NCBI GenBank assembly: GCA_963743805.1
Contig: CAVUQY010000006.1
Coordinates: 36,183 to 100,182, forward strand
Length of the DNA: 64,000 nt
Direction: 5' to 3'
From: an uncultured beta proteobacterium
Lineage (GTDB): Bacteria > Pseudomonadota > Gammaproteobacteria > Burkholderiales > SG8-39
The notes under the pieces were generated by a model. The model searched no databases and was not told the DNA's origin. It saw only the letters and a program-made list of their open reading frames with translations. The position numbers were made by a program, and so were the translations under genes. Of the stretch, positions 62,559-64,000 are shown piece after piece. Each line of letters begins with the position of its first letter. The stretch's first letter is position 1.

Positions 62559-63472
62559 CCGGGGCGGTCCTGCGGGTCGCGGCGCTGCGCAAGCGCTACG
62601 GTGACGCGGAAGTCGTCGCCGGCGTGTCGTTCGAGATCGGGCGCGGGGAGTGCTTCGGGCTGCTCGGGCCGAACGGCGCGGGGAAGACGACCACGCTGCG
62701 GCTCGCGCTCGGGCTGATCGAGCCCGACGGCGGGACGATCGAGCTGATGGGCGAGCCGGTGCCGCGGCACGCGCGCCGCGCGCGGTTGGCGGTGGGCGTG
62801 GTGCCGCAGTTCGACAACCTCGACCCGGATTTCACCGTCACCGAGAACCTCATCGTCTATGGGCGCTACTTCGGCCTCGCCGACGACGCGATTCGCGCGC
62901 GGCTACCGGAGCTGCTCGAGTTCGCGGGGCTGGCGAGCCGGGCGGAGTCGCGCATCCAGACGCTGTCGGGCGGGATGCGGCGGCGGCTGACGCTCGCGCG
63001 CGCGCTCGTGAACGATCCGGACTTCCTCGTGCTCGACGAGCCGACGACGGGGTTGGACCCGCAGGCACGGCACGTCATGTGGGATCGGCTGAAGCAGTTG
63101 CTGGCGCGCGGGAAGACGATCCTGCTCACGTCGCACTTCATGGAAGAGGCGGAGCGCCTGTGCACGCGGCTCGTGGTGATGGACCATGGACGGTTCATCG
63201 CCGAGGGCAGCCCGCGGGAGCTGATCGCCGAGCAGATCGAGCCGCACGTCGTTGAAGTGCACGGCGATGGGCTCGACGACTGGTGCGACGGCGAAGCGCG
63301 CGCGCTGGCGGCGCGCGTCGAGCGCGCGGGCGACACGGCGTTCTGCTACGTGCGCGACGCGGCGCCGCTGCTGGCGCACCTCGAGCGGCAGGCGGGGCTG
63401 AGGTATCTCCACCGGCCGGCGAATCTCGAGGACGTGTTTCTGAAGCTGACGGGGCGGGAGCTCAGGGACTGA
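62555..63472 (+). CDS. ABC transporter ATP-binding protein, NodI/YadG (ABC-2 exporter) type
   Basis: Walker A is GPNGAGKTT, the signature is LSGGMRRR and Walker B is LVLDEPT. It is an intact roughly 305 aa segment of ORF 61772..63472. The GTG start overlaps the upstream stop. Confidence 0.85.
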   Translation: MTGAVLRVAALRKRYGDAEVVAGVSFEIGRGECFGLLGPNGAGKTTTLRLALGLIEPDGGTIELMGEPVPRHARRARLAVGVVPQFDNLDPDFTVTENLIVYGRYFGLADDAIRARLPELLEFAGLASRAESRIQTLSGGMRRRLTLARALVNDPDFLVLDEPTTGLDPQARHVMWDRLKQLLARGKTILLTSHFMEEAERLCTRLVVMDHGRFIAEGSPRELIAEQIEPHVVEVHGDGLDDWCDGEARALAARVERAGDTAFCYVRDAAPLLAHLERQAGLRYLHRPANLEDVFLKLTGRELRD

Positions 63473-63509
63473 TCGGCTCCTCCGCAGTCAACTCCGACTT
63501 CAATACACA

Positions 63510-64000
63510 ATGCGAAATCTGATCACAAAATTCCAGTCTTACTGGCTGGCCGATGCCAGTTCCTCACCTTGCTGATCATGCTCATTGCCGCAGTATTCGT
63601 ACTCCCGGTAATCATGGAAATCAGTGGTCACGGAGTGCTGCTGTTCAACATGCTCTTGCTCAGCGTGTTTTTCTCCGGGATATTCTCGACGCGCAGCGTG
63701 GGGCTCATATCCGTCTCCGCAATTCTGTTCAGCGTTCACCTGGCGCTGCGACTCATTCGTTTCGGAGAAAACCCATATTCATTTTACGTTCTGGAGAATG
63801 TCATCGGCATCGCCAACACGCTGGTGTTCATCTTCATCAACCTCCGGCTGCTGTTTCGCGACCAGATCGTGAACACCTACCGGATTGTCGGAGCGGTCAA
63901 TGTTTACCTCTTGCTGGCACTCATGGGAGCGCTGACTCTGGAAGTGATTCATGCCGTTACCGGTGCTTCCATAGGCGGTAATGTCGTGCTGAGCGGGACG
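63510..64000 (+). CDS. N-terminal part of a polytopic membrane protein, possibly a K+-channel-family protein; continues beyond the window; frame break near 63550
   Basis: Own translation: MRNLITKFQSYWLA / CQFLTLLIMLIAAVFVLPVIMEISGHGVLLFNMLLLSVFFSGIFSTRSVGLISVSAILFSVHLALRLIRF...YRIVGAVNVYLLLALMGALTLEVIHAVTG... GC is about 50%. It is not in the ORF track because no stop lies in the window. Confidence 0.45.

Noticed and set aside
1-64000. Search for mobile-element hallmarks (transposase, integrase, IS inverted repeats, tRNA-adjacent islands, target-site duplications) around the two composition breaks and the Fic gene.
   Set aside because: I found none on either strand. The anomalies are therefore reported as composition and junction observations only, not as mobile elements.

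Overview
High-GC (roughly 68-72%) proteobacterial chromosomal window with about 60 protein-coding genes. I found no rRNA, tRNA, CRISPR array, transposase or integrase.

Gene content, in order:
- a five-gene operon on the minus strand: PhaC-like DUF3141 protein, MaoC-Pta fusion, AckA, FabI and a small RRM-like protein
- PPK2
- ymdB-vanZ-asmA
- aroQ
- a Fic gene with an AT-rich operator-like inverted repeat
- tamA-tamB
- a lipid/envelope block: PLDc_N-SHOCT protein, two patatin-like lipases, GntP permease, ceramidase-like protein, DUF4136 lipoprotein, YqhA
- a six-gene Mrp-like antiporter set in the order E-F-G-B-C-D
- pldA, a secreted pentapeptide-repeat protein, marC, a Tat-dependent beta-carbonic anhydrase and a TPR/beta-barrel (Slam/DUF560-like) outer-membrane protein
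- arcD-arcA-nhaC
- an RND efflux pair
- a complete urease cluster (ureABCEFGD plus a urea transporter and an HX4DH nickel transporter)
- DUF1576 and DUF502 membrane proteins
- a QueC-like protein with a membrane alpha/beta hydrolase
- a thioredoxin-like ferredoxin, a hydrolase and a NodI-like ABC ATPase

Three sequence-level peculiarities dominate:
1. Single-nucleotide frame disruptions are pervasive. More than 60 genes or gene pieces have to be stitched across frames. The density is very uneven, about one per 100-200 bp in 39.9-41.9 kb and 44.3-46.4 kb. The frame-corrected translations stay fully family-like, so sequencing or assembly indels are more likely than true decay.
2. A lower-GC (about 60-62%) alkyl-sulfatase fragment, truncated at both ends, sits directly against the stop codon of a host gene (25.95-27.5 kb).
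3. GC drops abruptly to about 50% right after the nodI-like stop (63473 onward), where a nodJ-type permease is expected.

I see no canonical, nameable novel system. The best candidates for undescribed biology are the DUF3141 operon and the tightly packed envelope patatin operon at 27.5-30.4 kb. All family assignments come from my own reading of the translations. No database search was run.
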